From Octopus vulgaris (Eukaryota): a stretch of 64,000 nt of DNA. Location: NCBI GenBank assembly GCA_951406725.2, contig OX597839.1, positions 12,028,001 to 12,092,000 of the forward strand, given 5' to 3'. Shown piece by piece: positions 40,316 through 53,684 of this stretch. Below the pieces are notes generated by a model. It did not search any database and had not been told where the DNA came from. It worked only from the letters and a program-made list of their open reading frames with translations. Positions within the stretch are counted from its first letter, which is position 1. Each line of letters begins with the position of its first letter. The translations under genes were made by a program, and so were the position numbers.

Positions 40316-41298
40316 CCACCAGCAGCAGCAGCAGTAGCAGTAGTAGTAGTAGTAGTAGTAGTAGTAGTTGTTGTATTAAGTAGTGGTGGCTGTGGTGACG
40401 GTGATGGTATTTTATAAAGTAAAATTGATAAACACGTCTTTATCCTTCTCGATGACCAGAGACCGGAATTTCAATGACAGCCATCTTGGTTTTGGTTCTC
40501 TCCTTTCTTTCTTTTTTTCGTTCCCTCCTTCCATCTATCCTTCCTTCCTAACTGGCTCTCCCTTCCTTTATAAACTTCTTGTTTTGTCTTTCTTTTCTGT
40601 TTTTAGCTTCTTTTTCTTCTCTTCTTAAGTTCTTTCCTTTTTGTCGTTCTTGCTTTCATTTGTATTTGTTATTATTATTTGTTATTGTTGTTACCGTTGT
40701 TGTTCTTGTTACTTACCATCAACGAGCTCACTTTCAACTGTTTTAACATTCTGTAGAAAGAAAGTATAAAAGACTCACTTTATATATATGTACAAACACG
40801 CCACTTTTCAACGCCTCATCCAACACACACACGCACATACACACACACACACACACACGCACATACACACACACACACACGAATCGTACGTTTGTGTGTG
40901 CGTGCGAGCATGTTTGTGTATTAGTGTGTGTTGTGTGTTTGATATTGTAGATACAATTTTGTACAAATTTAAACTTCGTTTTCTTTTCTCATTATTAGAC
41001 CTTTACGTTTCTTCTGGAACAATGATTCTCATAAGTCTATTAACAACCCATAGACTGTCATCTTGTTTCATCATTCTGGCATAGTGATGACAGCGGAGTG
41101 TTTGTTGCGTTTTGAACTAAGCACTAAAGGATCAAAGGAATGTTGATGTATCTAATAAAATCATCACCGAACTTCAAATTGCTAAACGCAAAATTCCTTC
41201 TTACACTTGCAGTTTCTTTCAGTTAAGTTATATCGATATATTGATGTCTCGGATATTTTGGTGTTAAAGAGTTCCTGTCTCTCTCAAAGAAAAAAAAA

Positions 41299-41715
41299 GC
41301 GGTGCTATTGTATGGGGCTGAGACATGGCGAACAACAGTTAAGTCAAATAAGCAAATACAATCATTCATCAATAGATGCTTGCGTAGTATACTTAAAATT
41401 AGATGGCCCGAAGACATATGGAGCTATGGCAGAGAACAAATCAAGTTTCGATTAGGGAGCAAATATTTAAGAAAAAGTGGAAGTGGATTGGTAGCACAAT
41501 TAGAAAAGACACACCAAAAGTAGCGGAAAGTGTTTTACAGTGGAATACGGATGGATATAGAAAGAAAGGTAGGTCTAAGAACTCATGGCGTAGATCAACA
41601 CAAAAGGAACTAGAGAATGGGGGACATTCATGGCAGAGTATAAGTAGGGAGCGAAAAATTATGCGACATAAGTGGCATATACTCCGCGTTGGAGGGTTAA
41701 AGGCATAAAAAAAAA
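41299..41715 (+). pseudogene. RTE-clade LINE 3' end, 5'-truncated
   Basis: VLLYGAETWRTT...FINRCLRSILKIRWPE / ELWQRTNQ...KWKWIGSTIRK...LQWNTDGYRKKGRSKNSWRRS. Ends ggcataaaaaaaaa; aaaaaaaaag on both sides. Confidence 0.9.
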
Positions 41716-41899
41716 GAATTCATTGTTAAACTTCGAGCTTTTAGTAGAAGTTTAGATAAAAGGTTAGTGATTCGGCGGACTCTGCTAGAGAAACTTTCAT
41801 GGTCAAATAGAGAGGAAGGCGGCTGCAGCAACGCAACGTATTATAATGGTGATAATACGTAACAATAATCAAGATGTTGAAATAATACTATACAGTCCC

Positions 41900-41952
<53 letters not shown>

Positions 41953-41954
<2 letters not shown>

Positions 41955-42491
41955 GGCAGTGGCTCTCATGGCTTCTGATCTTAACTGATTGGAAGTGTTA
42001 TCATGTACATTGTTTTGTCTTGGTATAAAAGATGGGCTACAGCAAATATTCTGCTCAATACCACAGATTTGCTTGTCAGTTGTTTGACCTTAACCAGTTG
42101 AGCATGTCCCTTAGTGGCTGACGATATGTGCATCTCTGATCATGAGCAGAAGTAGTGGGGGAGCATCATAGCCATGTGTTGAGAGGGATTCTTTGGGGTT
42201 TGAATAGTTCACCTCTGGAAACATGGGTGGTTCTTTCAACCTCATTAAACAACCCTTATTCAGGGACCGTTTGAGCGGGATGGGCTACTCAACCTGAAGA
42301 AAATTCTAACTGGGCCCCGCCTGCAAGGTCATGTGCTGTTTATCTTGATATGAGATCACCATGTCGCGCACATATGGTTGTGATGCATGTGCCTGGTGTA
42401 CCTTTATCAGACGAGTAGTCATGATGGGTATATTGGGCTTCGTATATTTTACCCCAGTGTCACTTTGATGGCATGCACTGCTCTCTCACTC
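41953..42491 (+). mobile_element. Unclassified (AAT)n-flanked retroelement 3' end (possible ORF end plus long UTR)
   Basis: Complex, higher-GC block sharply bounded by (AAT)n on both sides. Possible ORF end AVALMASDLN*; terminus gcatgcactgctctctcactc-(aat)n. Confidence 0.6.
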
Positions 42492-42524
<33 letters not shown>

Positions 42525-42567
42525 CATCATCATCATTATTATTTTTATTATTTTTATTATTATTATT

Positions 42568-42771
42568 GGCGAGCTGGCAGAATCGTTAGCACGCTGGGCG
42601 AAATGCTTAGCGGTATTTCGTCTAGCACCCTCGTTCTGAGTTCAAATTCCGCCGAGATCGAATTTGCCTTTCATCCTTTCGGAATCGATAAATTAAGTAC
42701 CAGTCGAGCATTGGGGTCGATGTAATCGACTAAACCCGTCCCTCGAAATTGCTGACCTTATACCAAAATTT
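42568..42771 (+). mobile_element. SINE family B
   Basis: ggcgagctggcagaatcgttagc...gagttcaaattcc (B box)...gcctttcatcctttcggaatcgataaattaagtaccag. Confidence 0.88.
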
Positions 42772-42776
42772 ATATC

Positions 42777-42831
<55 letters not shown>

Positions 42832-42882
42832 ATTATTATTATTATTATTATCATCATCATTATTATTATTATTATTATTATT

Positions 42883-43108
42883 GCCTTTGCACAGCTTCTA
42901 ACGCTGGAGATGTATTACAGTGTCAGCTGTTCACTACCAGTGAACTAAGGTAACACCTCTTATTCTTCGAGCACCTTCCGGAGTATTCGAGGGTTCCAAG
43001 CAGTGCTGTTTTCTGCAAGTGCTCCACCCTTATTTGTTCCATGTACTTCTCAAGGTTTTTTACTCACTGTTCCCAGGGCTCCGACAACTATTGGTACTAC
43101 TACCACCT
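42883..43108 (-). mobile_element. Dong/R4-type retrotransposon 3' end, related to the 26529 family
   Basis: Minus strand reads VVVVPIVVGALGTVSK/NLEKYMEQIRVEHLQKTALLGT/RILRKVLEE* plus UTR. Flanked by (TAT)n, which is (AAT)n on its own strand. Confidence 0.85.
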
Positions 43109-43135
43109 TATTATTATTATTATTATTATTATTAA

Positions 43136-43330
43136 GGCAGCTTGCTGCCAAAATCGTTAGTATGCCGGTCAAAATGCTTAAAGGCGTTTCGTCCGTCTTT
43201 ACGTTCTAAGTTCAAATTCCACCGAGGTCGATTCTGCCTTTTATTAGGCTCAGTATCAGTTACACACTGAGGTCGATGCAATCCATTTACTCCTCGCCCG
43301 AAATTGTTGACTTCGTGCCAAAATTTGAAA
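43136..43330 (+). mobile_element. SINE family B, diverged
   Basis: aaatcgttagtatgccggtcaaaatgctta...aagttcaaattccaccgaggtcga...gtgccaaaatttgaaa. Confidence 0.75.
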
Positions 43331-43331
43331 A

Positions 43332-43418
<87 letters not shown>

Positions 43419-43439
43419 TACTATTATTATTACTATTAC

Positions 43440-43484
<45 letters not shown>

Positions 43485-44336
43485 TATTACTATTACTATT
43501 ATTATTATTATTGAGCCAGCAATGAAAAACTGAACAAAAAAAAAAGATGACGACGACGTCGACGACGAATAAGAAGAATGAATACGGAAGCCATATTGTA
43601 AGCTATGCGATGTCATAACGATTTTGCGTGATTTCCCTGGCAAAGAAGAAGCAAAGCGGAATATTGCTTGAGGTTGTTCTCAGCAAGAAATTTTGGAGAA
43701 GTTGGTTATATGCCCGAAGAATGAAATTGAGATAAATGTACCTTGGAACCTTGTTAAGTATCCAGTGTAGATAGAGAGGATTTTTTTTTAATAATAACGG
43801 ACTGATTTCGTTGTTGTTTTCTGTCAGGATTCACATTGTGTCACTGAACGTTGGGAATATAAACGGCAGAAATAATCTAGTTAGCAAGCTTCTGGTGAAA
43901 TTTATCGTACGTACGTATAAGGAATATGCATGTATGCATACGCACACGCACGCCTACGTATGCACACGAACATGCACACATACGCACGCAAACATTCACA
44001 GCACACATTCAAGCACACAAACTCTCTCATTGCACGGACATATATAAATGTATGTACGCATGCGAGCACATACACACACACTCACACATATGCATGCACA
44101 CACACACACACATATTTGTATACATATATATGGTTATATGTATATATGTACTACATACACATCCACATTTAATGTATACACACGACACACACATATATGT
44201 ATATTTATATATGTGTATCTATATGTACATACACATGTATATGTATGTATGGATATATATATGTGTGTGTGTGTGTATACATATAGGTGCACACATGTGC
44301 ATGTATGTATATATACATACACACACACACACACAG

Positions 44337-44389
<53 letters not shown>

Positions 44390-44722
44390 TATGCGTCTAT
44401 GTACATTTAAAGATATGTACACTTGTACAAGTTCGTGTGCATATACACACACCTATAATATGTGTGTGTGTTTGCCTGTGAGAGAGAAAGCGAGGGAGGG
44501 AGATTCAGGGAGACAAAGAGAGGGAAAGCGAGAGAGTGAAACGGTAGAGACGGAGAGGGAAAGGGAGAAGCGGCTTAAGAAGTTCGCTTTTCCACTTTGC
44601 AATCCTGTGATTGCGTGAGCGGTCCAGCAATGACTTTTCCCTTCTGCTAAGTAAATTTGGCAAGCGGAAACTGTACAGAAGACAGTCAAATGTCTGTGTG
44701 CTTATATATATATATATATATA

Positions 44723-45012
44723 GAAACGCGGAGTAGACGAAACAGGGACATACTGAAACGCGGAGTAGACGAAACAGGGACAACTGAAGAAAGGGAATAT
44801 TCCTTCTGTTGTATGTTTTGTACTCTGATTTTTCGTTGTTTGAAAAAAAGTTCATTTCCATGTTTTTGCTTTTATGTTTTCGTTTCTTATTGTGTTCAAC
44901 GTTTTTTTTTGTGTTCTGTACCCATATATGCATGTATATATATACATATAGATGTAGGTATGTACATATATGTATGTATATATGCATATGTTTATATATT
45001 ATTTTGTTATAT
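44723..45012 (+). repeat. Dispersed repeat, possibly a Penelope-like terminus; second copy inverted at 51404-51662
   Basis: cggagtagacgaaacagggacaactga...ccatgtttttg...ctgtacccatatatg...gatgtaggtatgtacata aligns with the reverse complement of 51404-51662. Confidence 0.8.
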
Positions 45013-45246
45013 ATATATATATATAAGTAGGTGAATGAATTATCCTAGCATGGAAAATTCGTTTAACCGATACCTTTAAAAGTATGCCGTCTTCGAAACA
45101 TGTGTCGAGAGTAAAGGAATTTTGATAAAATCTTCGTTCGACTCCATTCTTTCATTTATATATATATATATATATATAAATGAAAGAATGAGTATAAAAA
45201 TCTTTATACACACACACACACACAACACACACACACACACACACAT

Positions 45247-45355
<109 letters not shown>

Positions 45356-45773
45356 ATACTCTTTATTCATATATTATAAATGAATATTTTAATTATTTTT
45401 ACTCACTATAATTTCCTTAATTTATTTCATTTTCTATCTTACTTTATTCATCATTATATTCTAATTACTCTGTTAAACCTTCAACCGCACATTATATTAT
45501 CAAAATAATAATCGACATATTTACTTTGCTGGTATGAACTGATAAGTTGGCATGTATCATCTTAAGGTTTATCTTTCTCTCTGATGAAATTATACTCATA
45601 GCATACTAATGCAAATTTAATGCACGAATTTGTAATTTAAGTATTGAGTGGTAATTGAAACGGCTGTAAGAAGCAAAGACTATCAATTTGTTAGTAATAA
45701 ATAATTATTAACTTTTAACTCTCCATTTTCTTTTTTTTATTTAACTGGATATGAATTATACATATATATATAC

Positions 45774-45846
<73 letters not shown>

Positions 45847-46166
45847 AACACATACACACACATATATCGCGAGCTTCCGAACTGTTTACAGTGGATGGTC
45901 AATATCAAGTTATAGTTGAAGACAGAAAACTGAAGTGTCACAGAGTGGGATTGAACTCTCGGAGCAACTAGTGAAAAAAACAAACTTCTTGCGAAATGGG
46001 CTGCGCTTGCATCACCATATACATACATACAGACATACATAAACGATGGCTGTCAACTCGTGACCGAGGTAGACTGAACCCAGAACCATTTGGTTGCGAA
46101 AGAAAATTCTTACCACACAGCCAGATATATATTCATGCACGCGTGTGTGTAGCGTGTATAGATTGG

Positions 46167-46245
<79 letters not shown>

Positions 46246-46349
46246 TCATGCATACATATATATTTGCTTGTATATTCCTTGTCCCTCCTCGTTTTCTTTC
46301 TCTTTCTTTATAATTATATATATATATATATATAATTATATATGTATGC

Positions 46350-46395
<46 letters not shown>

Positions 46396-46868
46396 ATAAC
46401 TACATAAAAATTGAGAAAGTGAAAGACGAGGAGCAGAAGATATACGTTCCAAATACCTAAAAAGGTGGTATCATTTCATGTATCAAAAAAGACTTCTCAG
46501 AGGGACAAAAACAGCCGCAACATCAATAAACAAAGGCATAAAAAAAAAACAAAAAAACAATCGAATGACAAAAAACTGTAATAAACGATCAATATTAATA
46601 GAGGCGGAGTGCACCGGAAGTGTTGCCGCTCACAGGATAGCAACACACTTCCGGTATTCTGTAATAGACAGGAAGTTGCCACTATTATATGATTCAATAT
46701 TTGTGGCAATATTATGTATATAGGTAAAACAGCTGGATTTCTAGGACCGTAGTGTTAGTATGGGGAAACTACATAAATATGGCGGGTGAGACAAAGAGGC
46801 GCGCTGATGTGCGTTGGATAGACTATACACAGTGTACAGTGAGTGAATGCAATCGATCAATCTATCTA

Positions 46869-46913
<45 letters not shown>

Positions 46914-46944
46914 CACTCAGTCCCTCTTTATTTTATATATGTAA

Positions 46945-47149
<205 letters not shown>

Positions 47150-47162
47150 ATGTATATATATA

Positions 47163-47242
<80 letters not shown>

Positions 47243-47253
47243 CATGTATGCGT

Positions 47254-47363
47254 GGAGTGGCCCAGAGGTAAGGGTAGCGGACGGACGATCGCGGTTTCGA
47301 TTCCCAGACCGGGCGCTGTGTGTGTTTATTGAGCGAAAACACCTAAAAGCTCCACGAGGCTTC
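47254..47363 (+). mobile_element. SINE family C, head
   Basis: tggcccagaggtaagggtagcggac...gcggtttcgattcccagaccgggcg...ttattgagcgaaaacacctaaaagctccacgagg. Confidence 0.8.
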
Positions 47364-47513
47364 CTGGATTGCAAACGCATAACCTTCAAAGTGGGAGATA
47401 GTAATCCAGCTATTGGTCCATGATAAACTGCTTTGATGATCGTTGTTGCTATCATCACGGAGCTTTCTAGTAACATATTCATACATAGTATGCATGTATG
47501 TATGTACGTACGT

Positions 47514-47615
47514 ACGGGGGGGTGGATGCTGAACACTTCCTGGCTTTGAGTAAAAGAGAATGCAGGAGAATCAGCTAATTATGATTTTCATTTAACTTAT
47601 TCTATATTCCCCTCT
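47514..47615 (-). mobile_element. One end of a mariner MITE related to 34012-34229
   Basis: tgctgaacacttcctggcttt...ttattctatattcccct corresponds to the TIR and GEY-E* end of the 34012 element. Confidence 0.55.
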
Positions 47616-47690
47616 GTGTATATAAAATGATAAGTGACTTAGGGCTGTTTATGTTATGTATGTATGTATATATATATATATATTATATAT

Positions 47691-47983
47691 TTGTTTGTTC
47701 CATCTCGAGCCATGCCTGGCTCATAAGGGCCGGTTTCCCGGTTTCTTGGTGTATAGGTTCCCCACCTGGACGGGACGCCGGTCAGTCGCAGGTGTGCCGC
47801 AAGATGCAGGTGGAAAGAGTGAGAGAAAGTTGTGGTGAAAGAGGCAGCAGAAGTTCGCCACGGAGCCGCGTGGAGCTTAGGTGTTTTCGCTCATAAACAC
47901 ACACATCACCCGGCCTGAGATTCGAACCCGCGATCCCTCGACCGCAAGTCCGCTGCTCTAACTACTACGCCATGTGTCTCCAC
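47691..47983 (-). mobile_element. SINE family C variant with alternative 3' tail
   Basis: Head (gggttcgaatctc, aaaacacctaagctccacg) is as in family C, but the tail is ...ggaaaccggcccttatgagccaggcatggctcgagatgg(aaca)n. Confidence 0.8.
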
Positions 47984-47988
47984 TATAG

Positions 47989-48042
<54 letters not shown>

Positions 48043-48068
48043 TATGTATGTATGTATGTATGTATGTA

Positions 48069-48131
<63 letters not shown>

Positions 48132-48519
48132 AACGATAAACGTAAACGGTCCTAAGTCAATTATCATTTTATATATACACACATGAAGTGGTAATCTGCA
48201 ATTCTGATATTCGTAATCCCGCTTATCTTCGTTCGGTATATAATATATATATATATATATATACATACAATATAGCCATCTGAAGCTTCCTGTCTTTACG
48301 AGAACGAGGCTTTTGCGAACTACATTTTTTGTTATCTATTGAAATAACTCTCGCCAATGTAAGGGCTTTTCCCCAAATCCTCACGGCTTACAGATTCTGA
48401 TATCGCCAAATCTCGTTGGATTGGTGTAGATTTAGCAGTTATGGCGATTATCCATCGAAATATAACTGTTCTCACTCTTTTTGCGTTGTGATTGTTATTG
48501 CTGTAGTTTTAATCTTTTC

Positions 48520-48750
48520 TTTTATCTTTTACTTGTTTTCGTCATGGGACTGTGACCATACTGGAGCACCGTCTTGATGGGCTTAGCCGAACCAATTGAT
48601 CCCCAGTGCATGTTTCTTTCTCTTTTAAGTGTGGCACTTACCGAGTCGGTTACTTTTTCTCGAGCCGCAAAATCTCGGGGACACAAACGAACCAACATCA
48701 GCTGTCAAGGTTGTGGTATACAAACGCAAATACAAAGACAGGCACACACA
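48520..48750 (-). mobile_element. SINE family A, 3' part, diverged
   Basis: ttttacttgttttcgtcatgggactgtgaccatactggagcaccg. Confidence 0.65.
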
Positions 48751-48881
48751 CGGACATATATATATATATATATATATATACATACACACACACATATATA
48801 TACATATACATATATATGTGAATATATGTGTGTGTGTATGTATGTATGTATGTATGTATGTATGTATGTATGTATGTATGC

Positions 48882-48933
<52 letters not shown>

Positions 48934-48935
<2 letters not shown>

Positions 48936-49111
48936 GGTATTTTAACGTGTATAAGGATCCCTTTTCTCAAAAAGTAGGTTAAAAAATATGGGAGTTTCTT
49001 ATACATGAATAGTATTATAATCCCTTACAAGACATTTTTCCTACATTTTTAAGCCCCCAAAATTAGGGTGCTCCTTATACACGAGAATTCCCTATATACG
49101 TTAAAATACGG
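48934..49111. mobile_element. Tc2/pogo-type MITE
   Basis: Imperfect ~23-bp TIR cggtattttaacgtgtataagga / tccctatatacgttaaaatacgg, set within (TA)n. Internal cttatacaYga repeats. Confidence 0.7.
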
Positions 49112-49276
49112 TATATATATATATATATATATATATTCTTATTATTATATACTATATTGAAATATACCCATATATATCGAAGTAAAACAATCATTGAACT
49201 CCGTAATATACTTTATTGGTGCCTATTATTAAACACTAAATACCGATACTATCAAGTAATACTAAACTTCTGAATA

Positions 49277-50157
49277 CAGTCAACTCCCGCTACTATGTCA
49301 CCCTGCGGGACTGAGCCAAAGTGGCATAGTACCGAGTGTGGCATAGTACCGAGAGTGGCATAGTACCGAGGGTCTGTTATCTAAACACTACATAACCAAA
49401 AATTACTGAACATACGAATAAAAATTCATAGGGTAGGAAGTAAGGCCAATAAGAAGTTCAATGCAATAGTAAAAAGAAGACATCCAAGTTTATTAAGTTC
49501 AGATTGCTTTTAGTTAATCCCGAAGCTCTCAAAAATTGTCGGCTGACGCATCTTCTTTCGGCGGATTTCATTCATTTCGTTGTCTAGCCTATCACACGCC
49601 TGCACGATGCTGGGTTTTCCGCTGCTCTGCTGCTGCATAAACTTTCGGATAGTGCTCCATGCTCTCTGGGCATCTGCAAACGAAACGTATTCCTCTTCCA
49701 CAATTACCTCGTCGTCTTCACTTTCCACCGGCTCTTCGTTATGCATTACCTCCTTTGCTATTTCTTCTAGAGTGAAACATGTCGGACAATACAAAGGGCG
49801 GTAACTTGTATCAGATATTACTAATGATACGAGGGGCCCGACAATAACGTTTTTCGCAGCATCGATAATCTCCTTCTTTTCCTTCAGCGTAAACTCAGTC
49901 CGCTTGCGTTTCTGAGCTGACATTGTGTGCTACTTTCTGAACTTTTCCACAAGATTACAAATACGAAATGTACAAAATGTAGGAGTACAAAAATTCGAAA
50001 AGTTGCGTGCGCTTCAGTTTACAAGTGGCATATTAGCGAGAGTTGAGGGTGGCATAGTAAAATTGTTTTTGTTTATTATTTGGCCAGGACCGCGCAAAAC
50101 TGGCATAGTAGCGAGAGTGGCATAGTAGCGAGGTGGCATAGTAGCGAGAGTTGACTG
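49277..50157 (-). mobile_element. Internally deleted pogo/Tigger-type transposon
   Basis: TIR cagtcaactcYcgctactatgYcacc, TA on both sides (49275-49276, 50158-50159), arrays of gtggcatagtaScgag near both ends. Confidence 0.93.
49510..49923 (-). CDS. 137-aa in-frame deletion product of a pogo/Tigger transposase (HTH start plus acidic C-terminus, no DDE domain)
   Basis: MSAQKRKRTEFTLKEKKEII resembles the CENP-B/psq-type N-terminus. ESEDDE...SFADAQRAWSTIRKF...KMRQPTIFESF resembles the Tigger C-terminus. Expression unknown. Confidence 0.5.
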   Translation of the reverse strand: MSAQKRKRTEFTLKEKKEIIDAAKNVIVGPLVSLVISDTSYRPLYCPTCFTLEEIAKEVMHNEEPVESEDDEVIVEEEYVSFADAQRAWSTIRKFMQQQSSGKPSIVQACDRLDNEMNEIRRKKMRQPTIFESFGIN

Positions 50158-50291
50158 TATTTAATCGATATACAAAATTAAACCAGTGAAGTTTGGATGT
50201 TAACATCCCTTTTTAAGAGGTATCAGTACCTTCAATATAAATACAAATATATATACATACTCACACAATGGATATACGCACTCACACACTA

Positions 50292-50823
<532 letters not shown>

Positions 50824-51359
50824 CTCCTTCTACCAAATCCACTCACAAGGCCTTGGTCAGCCTGGGGCTATAGTTGAAAACTCTCACCGAAGGTGCCGCG
50901 CTGTGGAAATTAACCCGGAAACGTGTAACTACCACACAGCTCCCTGTAAATTTGATATTCTTTCAATATTTATCAAGTGCGTTCATTAATTCTTTATCTG
51001 TCATCAAACTCGACAAGAAACTTGCTGGATATCCGGTTGGATGTACAAGGAGCGTCTTCGAGGAGCTTCCATCTGGATGCACTCATCTTAATAATATTTA
51101 GGAAAAATTGCCTCCGTCGAGTTTGTTCGTAATATTGGTTTCTAACGGTATTGATTATCTGTCAGTGATATTCCTTGCTTAAGAACAACACCAACGATCT
51201 ACAAACAGCAAAACATATATATTATGTTTGGAAAAGGAGAAAAACCTGTTATATGTTCCCGACATGATTTGAAAATATATCTATCAAAAAATGGGGTTCG
51301 TTTTGAGCATGGAAACATATTTAGTTTTGCTGAAAGAAATCTAAAAGAATAAACATTAC

Positions 51360-51403
<44 letters not shown>

Positions 51404-51406
<3 letters not shown>

Positions 51407-51662
51407 TAACAAATTAATAAATAAAACATATGCATACATACATACATATATGTACATACCTACATCTATATGTATATATATATATATATATACATTCATA
51501 TATGGGTACAGGACACCAAAAATAAACGTAGAACACAACGAGAAACGAAAACATAAAAACAAAAACATGGAAACGGACTTTTTCAAACAACGAAAACATA
51601 GAGTACAAGACATACAACACAACATTCCTCTTTTCAGCTGCCCCTGCTTCGACTACTCCGTA
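51404..51662 (-). repeat. Second copy of the 44723 dispersed repeat
   Basis: Reverse complement aligns to 44760-45012. Confidence 0.8.
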
Positions 51663-51706
51663 TTATATATATAATATATATATATGTGTGTGTGTGCATG
51701 TATATC

Positions 51707-51737
<31 letters not shown>

Positions 51738-52205
51738 GTCTACCAAATCCACTCAAAAGGCTTTGGTTAGCGCGAGGCTTCAGTAGAAGACTCTTGCTTA
51801 GCATGCCATGCAGTAGGACTGAACCCAGAACCATGTGGTTGGGAATCAAACTTCTTACCACACAACCACACCTGTGTCGTATATTTTCCGAAAATTCTTG
51901 GGACATATGTGTATATGTGTTGGAGTACCTTGAGTTATATAATGTATGTTTGAGTGTGTGCGTACGCGTGTGTATGTTTGCGCGCGCGCGCGTGTGTTTC
52001 TCTTTGTCTCCCACCACCGCCTGACAACCGGTACCGGTTTGTTTTCGTTCACGTTACTTCGTAGTTTGGTAAACGAAGAGAACAACAGATTAAGCACGAG
52101 GCTAGGAAAATAAAATCAGCACCAGGCTCGATTTGTTCGACTAAACCCTTCAAAAGCAGTGCCTCAGTATGGTCGCAGTCCAATGACTGTAACAAGCAAA
52201 AGATA
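51738..52205. mobile_element. SINE family A fragments: 5' half on minus (51738-51878) and 3' half on plus (51970-52205)
   Basis: ctaccaaatccactca...ggactgaacccagaaccatgtggtt, and tgacaaccggt...gcagtccaatgactgtaacaagcaaaagata. Confidence 0.7.
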
Positions 52206-52804
52206 AAATAAATACTGGAGCGCCATAGCTATGACCTGTTACGAAACTACTGTCTATAGCTATAGTAATACTCCCTCATACATTTATGTAATTGAAACTC
52301 ATTTCTTTTTTAATTAGCTAACTACAACAAAATTGCACAATCCTCCTGGCCCAAAATATAATTAACCTACACTAATCTGCCTTAACTAATCTCTAACCAA
52401 TTCCTTCTTTTAACTACATACGTAAATATCTAACATGGTATGGTCTCTCTCCAAGCTTTACTTTATCCTCTCTGCTTATCATTTCCCTGCAATTTCACCA
52501 CATAACATTTAGTACGCAAATACACAAACGCACGCACATACACATCAGTGCAATACCCTTGTTGAATTATTACAATATCTTTTTCCTATATTAACATTTA
52601 ATCCCATAAATATGCACATGTATTTAATTTAAATATCCCACTTAATTAATTTTCACTTCCCACTCACCACTAATTGCTTATTAATATTTTAAACTCACAG
52701 CTCATTTTACAAACACATTTTTTCCCCTTTACCCAGATATAACAAACTAACCATTCTACATTTCTGAATTTCTTTTTACTTCAGTTTATCTTTCCTCGTC
52801 TATC

Positions 52805-53020
52805 TTTTTACTTGTTTCTGTCATTAAATTGCGGCCATGCTGGGCCATCGCCCTGAAGAATTTTTTTTTCTTTTAGCCGAATGAATCGACCCCAATATTT
52901 ATTTTTCTTTTAAGCTTGGTACTTATTCTTATCAGTTGTCTTTTGCTGAACTGCTAAGTTATGGGGACGTATAAACACACCAACACAGGTTGCCAAGCGC
53001 TGGTGAGCGACAAACACAGC
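52805..53020 (-). mobile_element. SINE family A, 3' half
   Basis: tttttacttgtttctgtcatt...gcggccatgctgg...ggtacttattct...gctgaactgctaagttatggggacgt. Confidence 0.75.
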
Positions 53021-53136
53021 CCCCACCCATATATATATATATAATAAACAGTAAGGTATTTCTCCAAACGTTTACCGGTTTGCTCACAGATAATTAGTTT
53101 TTTTTTTATTCTCCCTCTGTTTATTTCCAAGTGTTC

Positions 53137-53172
53137 CTTTCTGTTGAAGAGCGAAGGCTCGAAACGTAAAAC
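53137..53172 (+). ncRNA. Minimal hammerhead-like motif in a probable Penelope-like terminus (~53045-53265)
   Basis: cttt-CTGTTGA-a-gagc-gaag-gctc-GAAAC-GTA-aaa. Stem II is intact and stem III is the palindrome acgt; the core carries an A-to-T change. Confidence 0.45.
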
Positions 53173-53684
53173 ACTTTCTCACTTTCCCGAGCGTCAAACT
53201 TAATACACTTGTTTGTTGCTCATACACATGTTTTCATCTTTTGTTTTTCTGTAAATTTCAAATGTATGCGTATATATATATATATATTTCAATGAAAAAA
53301 ATATTGCAATACAGATGTATTACTTTCCAGTCAAATAAAGCACCGTAAAGGTAGAAGTATAAATATAGAGTAGTGGTACAACAAGGCATTCAGGCGAGTA
53401 TACTGGCATTGACGTAGTAACGTTTGCAATATTGTCCAGGTAAATCTAGCTGTAGAAGACTAACAAAATTTACGATAACAAACGTATTTGAAGAGTCCCA
53501 TACCTAGGTACTGGATTATCCGATTCTGAGTTGTCCACTTATCTAATGTTCTTCCTTGATGTAAGACGAGATTGTATATGTTCACTGCCCGCACACGTCT
53601 TTGCCAGTATATATACAGTGAAGCTTTACTATAGCGTCGTAAATTTACTGACTGCTATTTCCAGTAAATATTGGTGCCTTGTTG

